DNA of 64,000 nt, from the NCBI GenBank assembly GCA_964016885.1, contig OZ024740.1, positions 130,200,001 to 130,264,000 of the forward strand, written 5' to 3'. Shown here in pieces: positions 50,291 through 64,000 of the stretch. The first letter of the stretch is position 1. The number at the start of each line of letters is the position of its first letter. The notes under the pieces are model-generated. The model was given only the letters and a program-made list of their open reading frames with translations. It was not told where the DNA came from and did not search any database. Both the position numbers and the translations under genes were made by a program. This DNA is from Eledone cirrhosa (Eukaryota).

Positions 50291-50895
50291 CCAAACAGAG
50301 AAAGAGGAAAGACTGTTATAAGATGCGAAATATCATAAATTCTGGTCAATATTTGCTGCCATACTGGCCATCTGTGTACATATGTGTATGCGAATATATG
50401 TATGTCTCCGCGTGTGTGTGTATGTGTATGTGTATATATATATGTGTGTGTGTGTATGTGTGGGTATATGTATGTGTGTTTGTGAGCGGACTTGTAAAAT
50501 ACCAAACCCAGCATGAGTCCATTGAAGTGTGTCGGAAGAAGAGTAGCTGATAGCCAGTATGGCAGCAAATATTGACCAGAATTTAGGATGACGTAGAAAA
50601 ACAACAGCCAATAGCAAGGTAAGAGTCGAGAGATGTTTTTTGAAGCTGACACCCAAGTGAGAAAATTTCTTCCGAATGTATTGCATATGTCCGAAGAACC
50701 CGCACTTCTAGAATCAGACATATCCATAAAATGATCGTGTCACGAACTATCTGCCGGGGAAACAATTGTAACACACAATACACTGAGTCCAGATGCATCA
50801 CTGATTTTTCGTTTCATATTATATCACACTCTACTCTGTACGAACATGGAGTGTTCAACTGGCATACCGCCTGTGGAAGCATCATAGCTACAATT

Positions 50896-50959
<64 letters not shown>

Positions 50960-50984
50960 ACACACACACATATATATATATATA

Positions 50985-52024
50985 TGTACACGTACATACA
51001 TATATGTATACAGACGTACAGTAGTATGTATATATATATATACATACATGCACACATATATATGTACGTATGGATTCACCGAACATTTATTATAATACTC
51101 GGTGTGTTTGTAAACAAGCATCCCGCATTAAGCCGTTGTGTCCAGCAACCATTGTTGCTCGTTTGTTCAACACTGACAAAGGAACGCTGTACTAGTTTCA
51201 AGCTTATTAGATATCGTCAGCAGCGTATACCTTCTGCCAGACTGTTGAACATATATATTTACCTTATGCATATTAACGGCTGAGTAGCCCAATTTGCATA
51301 TCGAGTGGGTTAATCGGCCGGGTGCACCGAAAACGATAAACGGCTGTGACTTAAATATAACTATGTACACGTTGCTGACAATAGCTAATAAGCTTGAAAC
51401 TAGTACAGCGTTCCTTTGTCAGTGTTCAACAAACGAGCAACGATGGGTGCTGGACACTACGGCTTAATACGGGATGTTTGTTTACAAACACACCGAACAT
51501 TATAATAAATGTTCGGTGAATCCATACGTACATATATATATCTGTGCATGTATGTATATATATATACATACTACTGTACATCTCTATAAATATATGTATG
51601 TACGTGTACATACTTATATTTAAGTAACAGCCGTACCAAGAGTGGGAAATGAAATTTCGTTTCTTTTTTTCCGTTTATAGTTTTCGGTGCACCCGGCCGA
51701 TTAACCCACTCGATATGCAAATTGGGCTACTCAGTCGTTAATATGCATAAGGTAAGTATATACGTTCAACAATCTGGCAGGAAGGTATACTTTGTGACGA
51801 TAGCTAATAAGCTTGAAACTAGTACAGCGTTCCTTTGTCAGTGTTGAACAAACGAGCAACGATTGTTGCTATACACTACGGCTTAATACGGGATGTTTGT
51901 TTACACAACACACCGACCATTATAATAAATGTTCGGTGAATCCATACGTACATATATATATATATGTGCAGGTGTGCATGTATGTATACATACTAGTGTA
52001 CGTCTGTATACATATCATTTTTCC

Positions 52025-52028
<4 letters not shown>
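50985..52028. mobile_element. Retrozyme-like cluster (inverted unit plus tandem units)
   Basis: Minus unit ~50985-51345 (HHR 51184-51226). Plus units with mutated HHRs at 51369-51411 and ~51789-51830. Confidence 0.85.
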
Positions 52029-52062
<34 letters not shown>

Positions 52063-52227
52063 ATATTATGTATACTATATTATATTATATATTATATTAT
52101 GTATACTCCAGTCCTACAAACTGTAGAGTGCTTCTTATCCGATATCTGCATTGCTTTATTGTACTACAATAAAACTCACCTCCTACATTATATATATATA
52201 TATATATATATATATACTTATATATAT

Positions 52228-52265
<38 letters not shown>

Positions 52266-52289
52266 TTATACACATATATATATACTTAT

Positions 52290-52377
<88 letters not shown>

Positions 52378-52584
52378 TTTTACTCTTTTACCTCTTCTAG
52401 CCATGCTGGGACACCGCCCTTGTTGCGACACATTTTATCTCCAGCCTGTATTGGTTGGCCACTGGTGTAAGAGGGAGAGTGATGCGGCTACCCTTCGGTT
52501 TCCCTATATATACATATATATAAATTATACATATATATATATATATACATATATACATTTATATATATATATATATATATATAT

Positions 52585-53090
52585 TGTTATACTTTTGGAG
52601 GGTCATGTTACCAATAAGAAACACACGCAGCAGTTGCTTTCACTTCAATTTATTATAATACATTTATAAATTTCCGGTTGGTTGGTTAGTTCCACAACCA
52701 GATGATTGTTTATATATTGTCAAAATTCTTTCGTCACATATTATTTGACCTCTTCAGTGACTGCGGATTTTTTTCTTTATTTGTGTGCCTCTTCTTTGTT
52801 CTGTCCTACGCCATCTTGTTTTTTCAAAAGAATCCCAGTCACTGAAAAGGTCACAGAATGTGTGACGAAATAACTTTGACAATATATAAACAATCATCTG
52901 GTAGTGGAACCAATCAACCAACCGTAAATTTATAAATTCCTAAATTTATGAATTTATTATAATACATTGAAGTGAAAACTACTGGTGCGTGTGTTTTTTA
53001 TTGGCAACATGACCCTCACAAAGTATGAAAATATCGGTTTCAACATACGTTTTCAGATAAAGAAGATTGCTAAACAAATTCAGAAATGAA
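52585..53090. mobile_element. Fold-back element with HHR; end similar to the Neptune-like PLE 3' end
   Basis: Arms ~52590-52772 and ~52828-53027. HHR gtca-CTGAAGA-g gtca...tgac-GAAA...tgac at 52719-52761 (-). ggagggtcat is shared with 8715. Confidence 0.75.
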
Positions 53091-53123
53091 ATATATATAT
53101 ATATTTATATTTATATATACATA

Positions 53124-53165
<42 letters not shown>

Positions 53166-53168
<3 letters not shown>

Positions 53169-53352
53169 GGAGCTTCTACAGGACTAGTACTGTTTCATTC
53201 AGATGAAATCTTCAGGAGCTTCCTGAAGATTTCATCTGAATGAAACAGTACTAGTCCTGTAGAATCTCCTTCTATAAAATTAAAAAAAATTACTCTGCCA
53301 TGTATTGAGTACCTTACTTACTGTGGTTATCCCCGACTCAACCCGGGACCTA
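53166..53352 (+). mobile_element. Hairpin element with HHR core and tail; relatives at 30940-31078 and ~21680-21770
   Basis: Palindrome 53166-53272. CTGAAGA-t ttca tc tgaa t-GAAA-cagtactag-TC at 53223-53256. Confidence 0.75.
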
Positions 53353-53353
53353 C

Positions 53354-53484
<131 letters not shown>

Positions 53485-53653
53485 TTAATATCGATGCTTT
53501 CACCCTTAACGGGATCTTGTGAAAGCAGCGAAACTTTGCTTAAACTTTAATCTGTTATTTTAATAAAAATTTGCTCTATTGTTCTAATATATTTGATATA
53601 TATTTATCCCTATGGTGCCCTCTTTGGATTTTAGTCTTCTAATGTATTATTAT

Positions 53654-53731
<78 letters not shown>

Positions 53732-54219
53732 ATTAAAATAACAGATTAAAGTTTAAGCAAATAATCGCTGCTTTCACCCTTAACGGGATCTTTTGAAACT
53801 AACAAATTCAATCTGTAAACGCAGAACTGGATATTTCAAAAAACGTTGCAACCGGAGGAAGACAGGAAGACGATACTTTGTTTCGTGGAAACGTTCGCTG
53901 GCTAAGAACGGGAAAAAACGAATATAATACATCATTAATAGGAGCGGTGATATATATAAGTATGTACACGCCAGGGAACGTTTCCACGAACCAAAGTATC
54001 GTCTTGCTGTCTTCCTCTGGTTGCAACGTTTTTTGAAATAGCCACTGCTGCGTTTACAAATTGACTTTGTTAGTTTCAGAAGATCCCGTTAAGGGTGAAA
54101 GGAGCGATTCTTTGCTTACACTTTAATCTGTTATTTTAATAAATATTTGCACTACGGTTCTTATATATTTGATATATATTTATCCTTATCGAGCCCTCTT
54201 TGGATTTTAGTCTTTACAT

Positions 54220-54339
<120 letters not shown>

Positions 54340-54354
54340 TATATATATATATAC

Positions 54355-55950
54355 ACTGAAGGACCATAAATCCGATTTTGACCGTAAACCCTCTATCAGG
54401 CTTATTAACCCAACGAAGTCCGACATAGGGAGAATCAGCCAAAAAATCCTAGACCGCGTGATACCAAAAGTCAGGCAACACGCCAGACTTAGCCTATGGA
54501 TCAACACACAGGAAGTAATCTCATGGTTCAGCAATATGGAGGATAAACGAGACACTAAATTCATACAGTTCGAGATAGAGAGCTACTATGCTTCAATCAC
54601 CTTACCGCTACTTACTGCTGCCTTGGACTTCGCTGAAACACTTGTGCCCATCACCGACCAGGAAAGAAAAATCATCCTCCACGCCAGGAAGACAGTCTTA
54701 CTCTTTGACGACTCTAAATGGATGAAAAGAGCTCCCGACTCACCCTTCGACGTCAGCATGGGCGCCACGGATTCGGCGGAGGTCACAGATCTTATAGGAT
54801 TATTCCTAATAGACAAACTCACCGATATGTTTCCTGCATTCGGTGGTGGATTGTACCGTGGTGATGGGCTCCTTACCCTTAAAGGGTACAACCCCAGTAG
54901 TACAGATCGGGTCCGGAAACAATTAATCAGCTTCTTCCGCGACTGTGGATTTAAAATAACCCTACAAACGTCCCTGACCCGAGTAAACTTCCTGGACGTG
55001 ACCCTCGACCTCGAAAACGACCTGTACTACCCATACAGGAAACCTAATGACAACCTGCACTACATCCACCACCGATCAAACCATCCTAGGAACATCACCA
55101 ACAACCTGGTCAAAAACATCTCCCTCCGCATATCCCGTTTGTCAGCTAATGAGCGGATATTCGATGAACATGCGCCTTATTACAACCAGGCCCTTAAGGA
55201 GGAAATATCCCTTTCTGGGAGGAAATATCCTACTGTCCAGCTCCCATTAGCGGAACCAGCAGGATACACCGCCGCTCACGCGATGTAACATGGTTCAATC
55301 CTCCCCCACAACGCAGAGGTGACAACTCCCATCGGGAAACTATTCTTTAGGCTCATTGAAAAATACTTCCCACTACAACACCGCTACCACAACATAATTA
55401 ACAAAAGTACCATCAAACTCTCTTACAGCACCACACCAAACTTCGCACAAAACATCGTCTCCTCTAACAACAAAAAAGTCAACCCCGATGGAAGAAATAA
55501 CCTAAATAGCAGTGGAGAGCCGACCAGGAGGTGCAACTGTCCGGATAGATCCATTTGCCCACTCGACAATGGAAGCAGAGACCGTAATGTGATCTACCAG
55601 TGCAACGTGAGGACGGACACCTCCAACAAAGCTTATATAGGACTAACCGCATGTGACTTCAAGACCCGGCTATACCAACATAGACATACCTTCTGAAACC
55701 CGGCCCGGCGTCACGCCACTACACTTTCGGGCCACATATGGGACCTCAAGGACAACAATCACCTATGATCTCACTTGGAGATTAGTGTCCTGAGCCAATT
55801 CTTACACGGGAGGACGCCGTCCGTGCAATTTATGCTCGGAGGAAACTTTACAAATGCTGTTTTCGACGGACCAACTACTAAACAAGAAAGATGAAATGGT
55901 TACTGCATGTAAACATAGATTGCTTAGGACTTACCTCGCCCTCAAACCCC
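54355..55950 (+). pseudogene. RT plus GIY-YIG, inactivated
   Basis: [40 protein letters not shown] (catalytic DD lost), [23 protein letters not shown]...YIG, CNLCSEE. The track ORF start at 54200 is microsatellite read-in. Confidence 0.9.
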
Positions 55951-57229
55951 ATAATGACCCGGGGGGGGGGGGGGGGTAGACTAGGGCTATAACACCCCAC
56001 TTGCCGATTTTGCAATGGGTAACCCCTGCTTGCCAAGGGAAACGTAAGATCTTCTTTTTATTCTTTTATCGCTTCCTTTATTTCCTTCTTCTCCCTATCC
56101 CTCCTTAGTCCTTATACCCCAGTTCTTCTTTGTCGACGTCTTTTCTCGCCCACCCGAGGCTGCCCTTTGGCCCCTTGTAGCCTCAATACCCCCACCCCCT
56201 CCCCTAGTCTGTGATAGATTTGGCGGACTCCGCTTTTTATAGCAGTTGTGTTAGACCTCGGATACTTGCCCCCTTTTCTGACCGCTCCCCCTATTTTCCG
56301 TGCCTTCTATATTTCTTAGTGGCACTTATGCGTTATTTTCTCGTTTCAGTATTTATTTCTTCTCTTTTCTTTTGGGCGGGGTGGATTCTGAATATATTTT
56401 TCCGTATTCTACCTTTACTTCGTACGAACTTTCATGTAGCTTGTATAAGATCTTTTGTAGCGCGGCGGTACCTTTAGAGTTAGCATTAGTATATATTTTT
56501 TTCGGGACTCAGAATTATTATCTCGTACTAGTTTACTTTGCTGCACTGGGTGGTTGCTGGCCTTGTGCCCGGGATAGAAACCTTTATTATTTATTTCGTG
56601 GTAGTTTCTTTAGTATTTTGGCCCCATTTGTTGACGCGTCACCGTATGATTTACGTACTTATACCTCTTAAAAGGGTCCTTGCCTATTCCGTCCCACCTA
56701 GTTTATTTACTTATTTCGTTATTTCTTTATTTCTTTCTTTATTTCTTTCTTTCTTTCTTTATTTCTTTATTTATTTATCTTGCCTAACAATAGCTAGAGA
56801 TTTAGGCCGTAGAACTTGCTTTTATACTCTTTTTTCTTTATACTTATTCGCTTTTCATCACTCTCAGTATTTTTTCTTTCATATATATTTTTTTACCACT
56901 CATTGTTCTACCTACCGTTTCGACTTCCTCCCCCTCCCTCTCCCCAGTATCTTCTTTGACCTCATGCCCAGCTGTAGCTGGCACTACCAACGCTTGATTG
57001 GGTCTACTCCACCCCCTCCCCTTTTTCTCCTTCTGGCATGTTTAGCCACCATCTCCCCTACTAATTTGCAATCACAGAATTACTACTAACTTTTGACAAT
57101 CACTTTGACCATATATGGAATTACCCCTTGAGAAGCTCGGCTATTTAAATACCAGGATAAATTTTCATTTAGTCCAGAATTAGCCGTCGAAACGGCTTGA
57201 GCTCAGCCGTCGGGGTCTTACTGGTTCCT
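54355..57229 (+). mobile_element. PLE copy C (Hydra-clade-like), 5'-truncated, ~1.3 kb 3' UTR
   Basis: Starts directly after (TA)n and ends just after the U3-A8 HHR. Confidence 0.9.
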
Positions 57230-57273
<44 letters not shown>

Positions 57274-57376
57274 TCATATATATGTATATGTATACATATA
57301 TACATGTATATTTACCTATATATATATATAAATATACATATATACATGTATATAAACATGTATGTATATATTTATA

Positions 57377-57450
<74 letters not shown>

Positions 57451-57453
<3 letters not shown>

Positions 57454-57939
57454 ATAATAATAAATTTCAAGACTAAAATCCAAAGAGGGCTCGATAAGGA
57501 TAAATATATATCAAATATATAAGAACCGTAGGGCAAATATAATAGAATATTAAGATCAAAAGATGGTTAAAAGAGTTCCAAGTATTTTATTATGCGCATT
57601 TCAAAAACAAATTTCATCATGGGACGACATCTGCGTTTTCATCAGATAAAATAGGGATACATGATATGAAGCTTTAAACACACTTGTGAATAGTGAAGTT
57701 TTAAATCAACATATCATAAGTGTAATTTAAACTTCATATCATGTATCCCTATTTTTCCTGATGAAAACGCAGATATCTTCCCATGATGATAATTGTTTTT
57801 GAAATGCGCACAATAAAATACTTGGAATTCTTTTAACCATCTTTTGATCTTATATTATTTATACTCCAGTCCTACAAGCTGTAGAGTGCTACTTTTCCGA
57901 TATTTGCATTGCTTTACTATGCTACAATAAAACTCACCT

Positions 57940-57946
<7 letters not shown>
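57451..57946. mobile_element. Fold-back element with HHR and two different tails
   Basis: Arms ~57547-57680 and ~57726-57858. Intact HHR 57583-57653 (-): tattttat-CTGATGA...GAAA-tgcgca-TA-ataaaata. Confidence 0.8.
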
Positions 57947-58010
<64 letters not shown>

Positions 58011-58195
58011 GGGGTAAATATCTCACTGAGTACTAAATACCCATAGAGATGTATAGGGTGTCTATAATATAATTGTTGTTCTATGGTACTAATTCGAGAT
58101 ACCAGAACTATAAAAATTGATGGGCAGAACAAACAAACATTAAACAATCCTTTAAATAAATTAAAAAATGATTTAAATATCTACCTGTTCATATT

Positions 58196-58274
58196 GCTAT
58201 TACCGGCGGTTTCCATCTACAAAAGATTGGACATTCAGAGAATTTCCAACAGAAAGTAGATTTCATCAGATAGC
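58196..58274 (-). ncRNA. Type I hammerhead
   Basis: gctat-CTGATGA-a atctac...gtagat g-GAAA-ccgccgg-TA-atagc, GUA triplet. Lies in fragment 58010-58495. Confidence 0.8.
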
Positions 58275-58489
58275 TATTTCCTTTCTATAGGACATACGTC
58301 CCACGGTCCGCAAATATAATTCCAACTACGAGCTCGTATGAATCATGGCCGTTAAAGTGACCCACACGTCACCCGGCCGCCAGTGCACGCGGGAATATTA
58401 CAGACTTGTTGATGGCTTGGCTGCTAAAAAAATATCAGTAAGCAACAACGAATTTTTTCTCTACATAAATTCAGAATGTATAAAAATGA

Positions 58490-58525
<36 letters not shown>

Positions 58526-58527
<2 letters not shown>

Positions 58528-61013
58528 AACCAGTAAGACCCCGACATCTGAGCTCAAGCCGTTTCGACGGCTAATTCTGGACTAAATGAAAATTTATCCT
58601 GGTATTTAAATAGCCGATCTTCTCAAGGGGTAATTCCATATATGGTCAAAGTGATTGTCAAAAATCAGTAGTAATTCTGTGGTTGCAAATTAGTAGGGGA
58701 GATGGTGGCTAAACCTGCCAGTAGGAGAAAGAGGGGAGGGAGTGGAGTAGACCCAATCAAGCGTTGGTAGTGCCAGCTACAGCTGGGCATGAGGTCAAAG
58801 AAGATACAGGGGAGGGGGAGGGGGAGGAGGTCGGAACGGTAGGTAGAACAATGGGGGGTAGAAATAGGAAAGAAAAAATACTGAGAGTGAAGAAAAGCAA
58901 ATAAGTGTAAAGAAAAAAGTAAAGTAAATTAAATTCTACGACCTAGGTGTCAGGCTATTGTTAGGCGAGAATAAAATAAAGAAAGAAAGAAAGAAGTAAA
59001 TAAATAAATAAATAAATAAATAAGGAAATAAGTAAGAGAACTAGGTGGGACGGATAAGGCAAGGACCCTTTTAAGAGGTATAAGTACGTAAATGATACGG
59101 TGACGGGTCAACAAAAGGGGCCAAAATACTAAAGAGACTACCACGAAATAAACAATAAAGGTTTCCATCCCGGGCCAGCAACGACCCAGTGCAGCAAAGT
59201 GAACTTGTACGAGATAATAATTCTGAGTCCCGAGAAAAATATATACTAATGCTAACTCTAAAAGATCTAAAACAAGCTACATGAAAGTTCGTACGAAATA
59301 AAGGTAGAATACGGAGAAATAAATTCAGAATCCACCCCGCCCAGAAGAAAAGCGAAGCAAGAAATACTGAAACGAAAATATAAGGCATGTGCCACTAAGA
59401 AATATAGAGGGCACAGAGAATAGTGGGAGCGGTCGGAAAAAGGGGGAAAATATCCGGGGTCTAAGCCAACTGCTATAAAGGGCGGAGTCCGCCAAATCTA
59501 TCAAAGACTAGGGGAGGGGGGGGGGGGGGGTACTAAGGCTACATGGGGCCAAAGGGCAGCCTCGGGTGGGCGAGAAAAGACGCCGACAAAGGAAACTTTA
59601 CAAATGCTGTTTTCGACGGACCAACTCCTAAACAAGAAAGATGAACTGGTTACTGCATGTAAACATAGATTGCGTAGGACTTACCTCGCCCTCAAACCCC
59701 ATAATGACCCGGGGGGGTAGACTAGGGCTATAACACCCCAGTTGCCGATTTTGCAATGGGTAACCCCTGCTTGCCAAGGAAGACGTAAGATCTTCTTTGT
59801 ATTCTTTTATCGCTTCCTTTATTTCCTTCCCCCCTCTCTCCTTTGTCCTTCTACCCCAGCTCTTCTCCTTTGTCGGCGTCTTTTCTCGCCCACCCGAGGC
59901 TGCCCTTTGGCCCCATGTAGCCTTAGTACCCCCCCCCCCCCCTCCCCTAGTCTTTGATAGATTTGGCGGACTCCGCCCTTTATAGCAGTTGGCTTAGACC
60001 CCGGATATTTTCCCCCTTTTTCCGACCGCTCCCACTATTCTCTGTGCCCTCTATATTTCTTAGTGGCACATGCCTTATTTTTTCGTTTCAGTATTTCTTG
60101 CTTCGCTTTTCTTCTGGGCGGGGTGGATTCTGAATTTATTTCTCCGTATTCTACCTTTATTTCGTACGAACTTTCATGTAGCTTGTTTTAGATCTTTTAG
60201 AGTTAGCATTAGTATATATTTTTCTCGGGACTCAGAATTATTATCTCGTACAAGTTCACTTTGCTGCACTGGGTCGTTGCTGGCCCGGGATGGAAACCTT
60301 TATTGTTTATTTCGTGGTAGTCTCTTTAGTATTTTGGCCCCTTTTGTTGACCCGTCACCGTATCATTTACGTACTTATACCTCTTAAAAGGGTCCTTGCC
60401 TTATTCGTCCCACCTAGTTCTCTTACTTATTTCCTTATTTATTTATTTATTTATTTATTCACTTCTTTCTTTCTTTCTTTATTTTATTCTCGCCTAACAA
60501 TAGCCTGACACCTAGGTCGTAGAATTTAATTTACTTTACTTTTTTCTTTACACTTATTTGCTTTTCTTCACTCTCAGTATTTTTTCTTTCCTATTTCTAC
60601 CCCCCATTGTTCTACCTACCGTTCCGACCTCCTCCCCCTCCCCCTCCCCTGTATCTTCTTTGACCTCATGCCCAGCTGTAGCTGGCACTACCAACGCTTG
60701 ATTGGGTCTACTCCACCCCCTCCCCTATTTCTCCTACTGGCAGGTTTAGCCACCATCTCCCCTACTAATTTGCAACCACAGAATTACTACTGATTTTTGA
60801 CAATCACTTTGACCATATATGGAATTACCCCTTGAGAAGATCGGCTATTTAAATACCAGGATAAATTTTCATTTAGTCCAGAATTAGCCGTCGAAACGGC
60901 TTGAGCTCAGATGTCGGGGTCTTACTGGTTCCTATTACCCACTCTACTACCTCAAGTATTGAGTACTTTGGTGCGTTATGGTCCACATGGTTCCTTACCA
61001 CATTTCCTTCGTT
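58526..61013. mobile_element. Second fold-back derivative of the PLE C family
   Basis: Minus arm 58526-59591, plus arm 59591-61013 (ORF end, 3' UTR, tail). Arms are nearly identical. Confidence 0.9.
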
Positions 61014-61080
61014 ATATATATATATATATATATACATATACATACATATATACATATGTATACATTTATGCATATATATT

Positions 61081-61130
<50 letters not shown>

Positions 61131-61154
61131 CATATATACATATGTATACATTTA

Positions 61155-61208
<54 letters not shown>

Positions 61209-61232
61209 CATATATACATATGTATACATTTA

Positions 61233-61322
<90 letters not shown>

Positions 61323-61362
61323 CATACATATATACATATGTATACATTTATGCATATATATT

Positions 61363-61397
<35 letters not shown>

Positions 61398-61912
61398 TTG
61401 AGAGCTTCATTATGAAATTTAGCGGAAATTACAATATTTCTTTTGTTTAAAACTTCGAATCTACCCGCCAAAACCGAGGGCTGCATCCCTTGTTGGAAAT
61501 AGCACGTGAAAACTAAATGTGCGTGCAGCTCGCTCATAGCGGCAGCATTTAGAATCCACATCCCTTTTGGACAGAACGGAACGCCTGTTGATGAAATGAA
61601 TCCTCTGTTCGCATGGAATACCAAGAGCGTGCTTGTTACATAAGTCGGATATTTGATTTTGAATTCATAGAAACACTTCAAACGTATATCATTTAATTTG
61701 TCCATGTGTATCTTTTTTAACCTGTTAGTTTTTTAGTTGCTCTGTTATTGTGTGTTAGGTTTTGACTACTACAATGTTAAATTTGTCAAGCTATTTAAAC
61801 GTATGTTGTTACTCTAAGGACCTACCTGTATTGAGTGCTATGCTAACTCATTCATAGTGTAGCTAGACTTTTCTTGCCAACATCCAAAGCTTCGATTTTA
61901 CTAAGATTCCAC

Positions 61913-61988
<76 letters not shown>

Positions 61989-62525
61989 GTCAAAAAGTAG
62001 TCAAAGGAAAAAAGAATCTTGAGCTCTTTAAAATACAGTATGTTGAAAAGGTAACACACTAGAGAGAGAAAGTGTCCCACAATAAAACGGGGAAAAACCA
62101 CCAGTGTATGGAATCTATACTCTATGGAAGGCAGGGTAAACACACAATAATTAAAAATATAAATTAGAATGTATAACGCACCTCTATAACTATATAACAC
62201 ACGCGTACAAATCGAAAGGGATCTGTTTCGCCAGGGGATGGTGACTGAAGTAGAATCGCCTATCGTTCACCAGCGCGTGCAAGACTATACATTCCAGACA
62301 ACTCCAAGAGAATCTAAAGCGGCCGTCTAGCTACACGCGGCAGAGCGATCTCACAGCGTGTTTGGGCAGTGAACCAGTGGGACGATTTCCTAGAAAGGGA
62401 AGCCCAAACCATTCAAAGAAGTGTGCCTACACTGCCTTCCATAGAGTATACATTCCATACACTGGTGGTTTTTCCCTGTTTTGTTGATGGCACTCTCTCT
62501 CTCTCTAATGTGTAACCTTTTCAAC

Positions 62526-62610
<85 letters not shown>

Positions 62611-62616
62611 ACATAT

Positions 62617-62941
62617 AACTTGGAGTAACTGTAGGTTCACGCGGGTGAGCACTCAATGTTTAGGTTCAATTCAATGTCGATGTGTAGAGTTAGACAAAGT
62701 GTATTATAGTAAAATAAAATAGAACAAGGACGATTGGTTACTACTTCATTAGGTTTATTGTTTGGTGACACGCGTTTCACCACTGTTCTGCTCAAGGTTC
62801 CATACCATTCTAAGGGGTCTGACGAGCCCCGTCGGGCTAGATCGATACAGATCGACCTTGAGCTGATCAGTTGCGAAATGTACGTCACCAACTAATAAAT
62901 GTAATGAAGGAGTAACCAATCGTCCTTGTTTTATGTTATTT

Positions 62942-62946
<5 letters not shown>
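62617..62946. mobile_element. Inverted-arm element with HHR and tail
   Basis: Arms ~62707-62798 and ~62858-62946. HHR 62816-62889: ggt-CTGACGA-gc...gc-GAAA-tgtacg-TC-acc. Confidence 0.7.
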
Positions 62947-62996
<50 letters not shown>

Positions 62997-63044
62997 TATA
63001 TCTACCTAGAATTAGTATATCTACCAACATATATATATATATAT

Positions 63045-63094
<50 letters not shown>

Positions 63095-63124
63095 GTATAT
63101 ATATATAGATGTATGTATATATAT

Positions 63125-63279
<155 letters not shown>

Positions 63280-63332
63280 TATATATTTATATGTACATAC
63301 ATGTATATATATGTACATACATGTATATATAT

Positions 63333-64000
63333 AAGAGACGTAAAATAAGAAAATTATAAAATTAACTTACTTACTAAAATATCATTTCCAACTAATTAGT
63401 TTCTGGAATGGAGTAAATATATTTTCCGAAGAATAATATGGTGAAGCATTCCGTCGTCAGGAAAGTCTATTCTCATGTAAGTTTCCAGGCAAAGCGAGGA
63501 CACTGGAAACTTACTAAAAAATAATTCAGTGGATAGGAAATAGCGAAGCGTGGACTGAATTCCAAGCTATTGAGAAAATCACTGCCTCTACGTCTGTGGC
63601 AAATTCAAAAAGAATGGAACACGTAACATCGTGGTCAATCATGGAAAGTGGTTTGCTAATAAGACAGCGGCCTGCCTACAACCGTGGCAGCAGTCATGGC
63701 CAATATTGCTCGACAAATAATTTGGAGATAATAATAAAGAATTTATATCTAGCAACATATATATATATACATACAGATGCATATCAATGCTAGCAAATAT
63801 ATAGGTTTTGTCTTAATAACAGTGTGGTTCAATGCATGGGGTTGCAGAACAATAATACAAGAGACGTAAAATAAGAAAATTATAAAATTAACTTACTTAC
63901 TAAAATATCACTTCCAACTAATTAGTTTCTGGAATGGAGTAAATATATGTTCCGAAGAATAATATAGAGAAGCATCCCGTCGTCAGGAAAGTCTATTCAC
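63333..64000 (+). repeat. ~525-bp tandem repeat running off the window
   Basis: aagagacgtaaaataagaaaattataaa starts at ~63333 and again at ~63859. Confidence 0.8.

Noticed and set aside
54070-54125. HHR-like cagaaga-tccc gttaa gggt-gaaa in the 45664/53730 family
   Set aside because: The box is CAGAAGA or worse in all copies, and no NUH or stem I could be built.
61396-61915. Possible PLE ORF end (VESFIMK..NYN) with HHR ttgatga-atgaat/attcat-gaaa
   Set aside because: Core and stem I are degenerate. Only the tail motif at 61830 was retained.

Overview
AT-rich eukaryotic, repeat-saturated DNA, probably from an octopus. That assignment is an inference from a SINE body I recognise as octopus-type and from the extreme (TA)n/(CA)n load. 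No host gene can be supported, and most track ORFs are microsatellite translations. Real coding remnants are all retrotransposons: three divergent Penelope-like elements (PLEs) with RT plus C-terminal GIY-YIG and a CxCx5C linker (Hydra-clade-like), one Neptune-like PLE, a near-full-length RTE LINE, an R4/Dong-like LINE and a CR1-like remnant. The main hidden structure is RNA-level. Many of the short islands between (TA)n tracts are fold-back (inverted pseudo-LTR) elements, and more than 10 unrelated families carry type I hammerhead ribozyme (HHR) folds. Highlights: (1) a ~420-446 bp tandem non-coding repeat with one minimal HHR per unit, covarying stem I and a 12-bp TSD, i.e. a non-LTR retrozyme-like family; (2) a HHR with a covaried U3-A8 core (UUGAGAA) in five copies, which CUGANGA searches would miss; (3) a TTGAGTRC-like motif shared by the 3' tails of otherwise unrelated families; (4) three PLE ORFs 5'-truncated at almost the same RT position. 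All folds were made by eye and boundaries are approximate.
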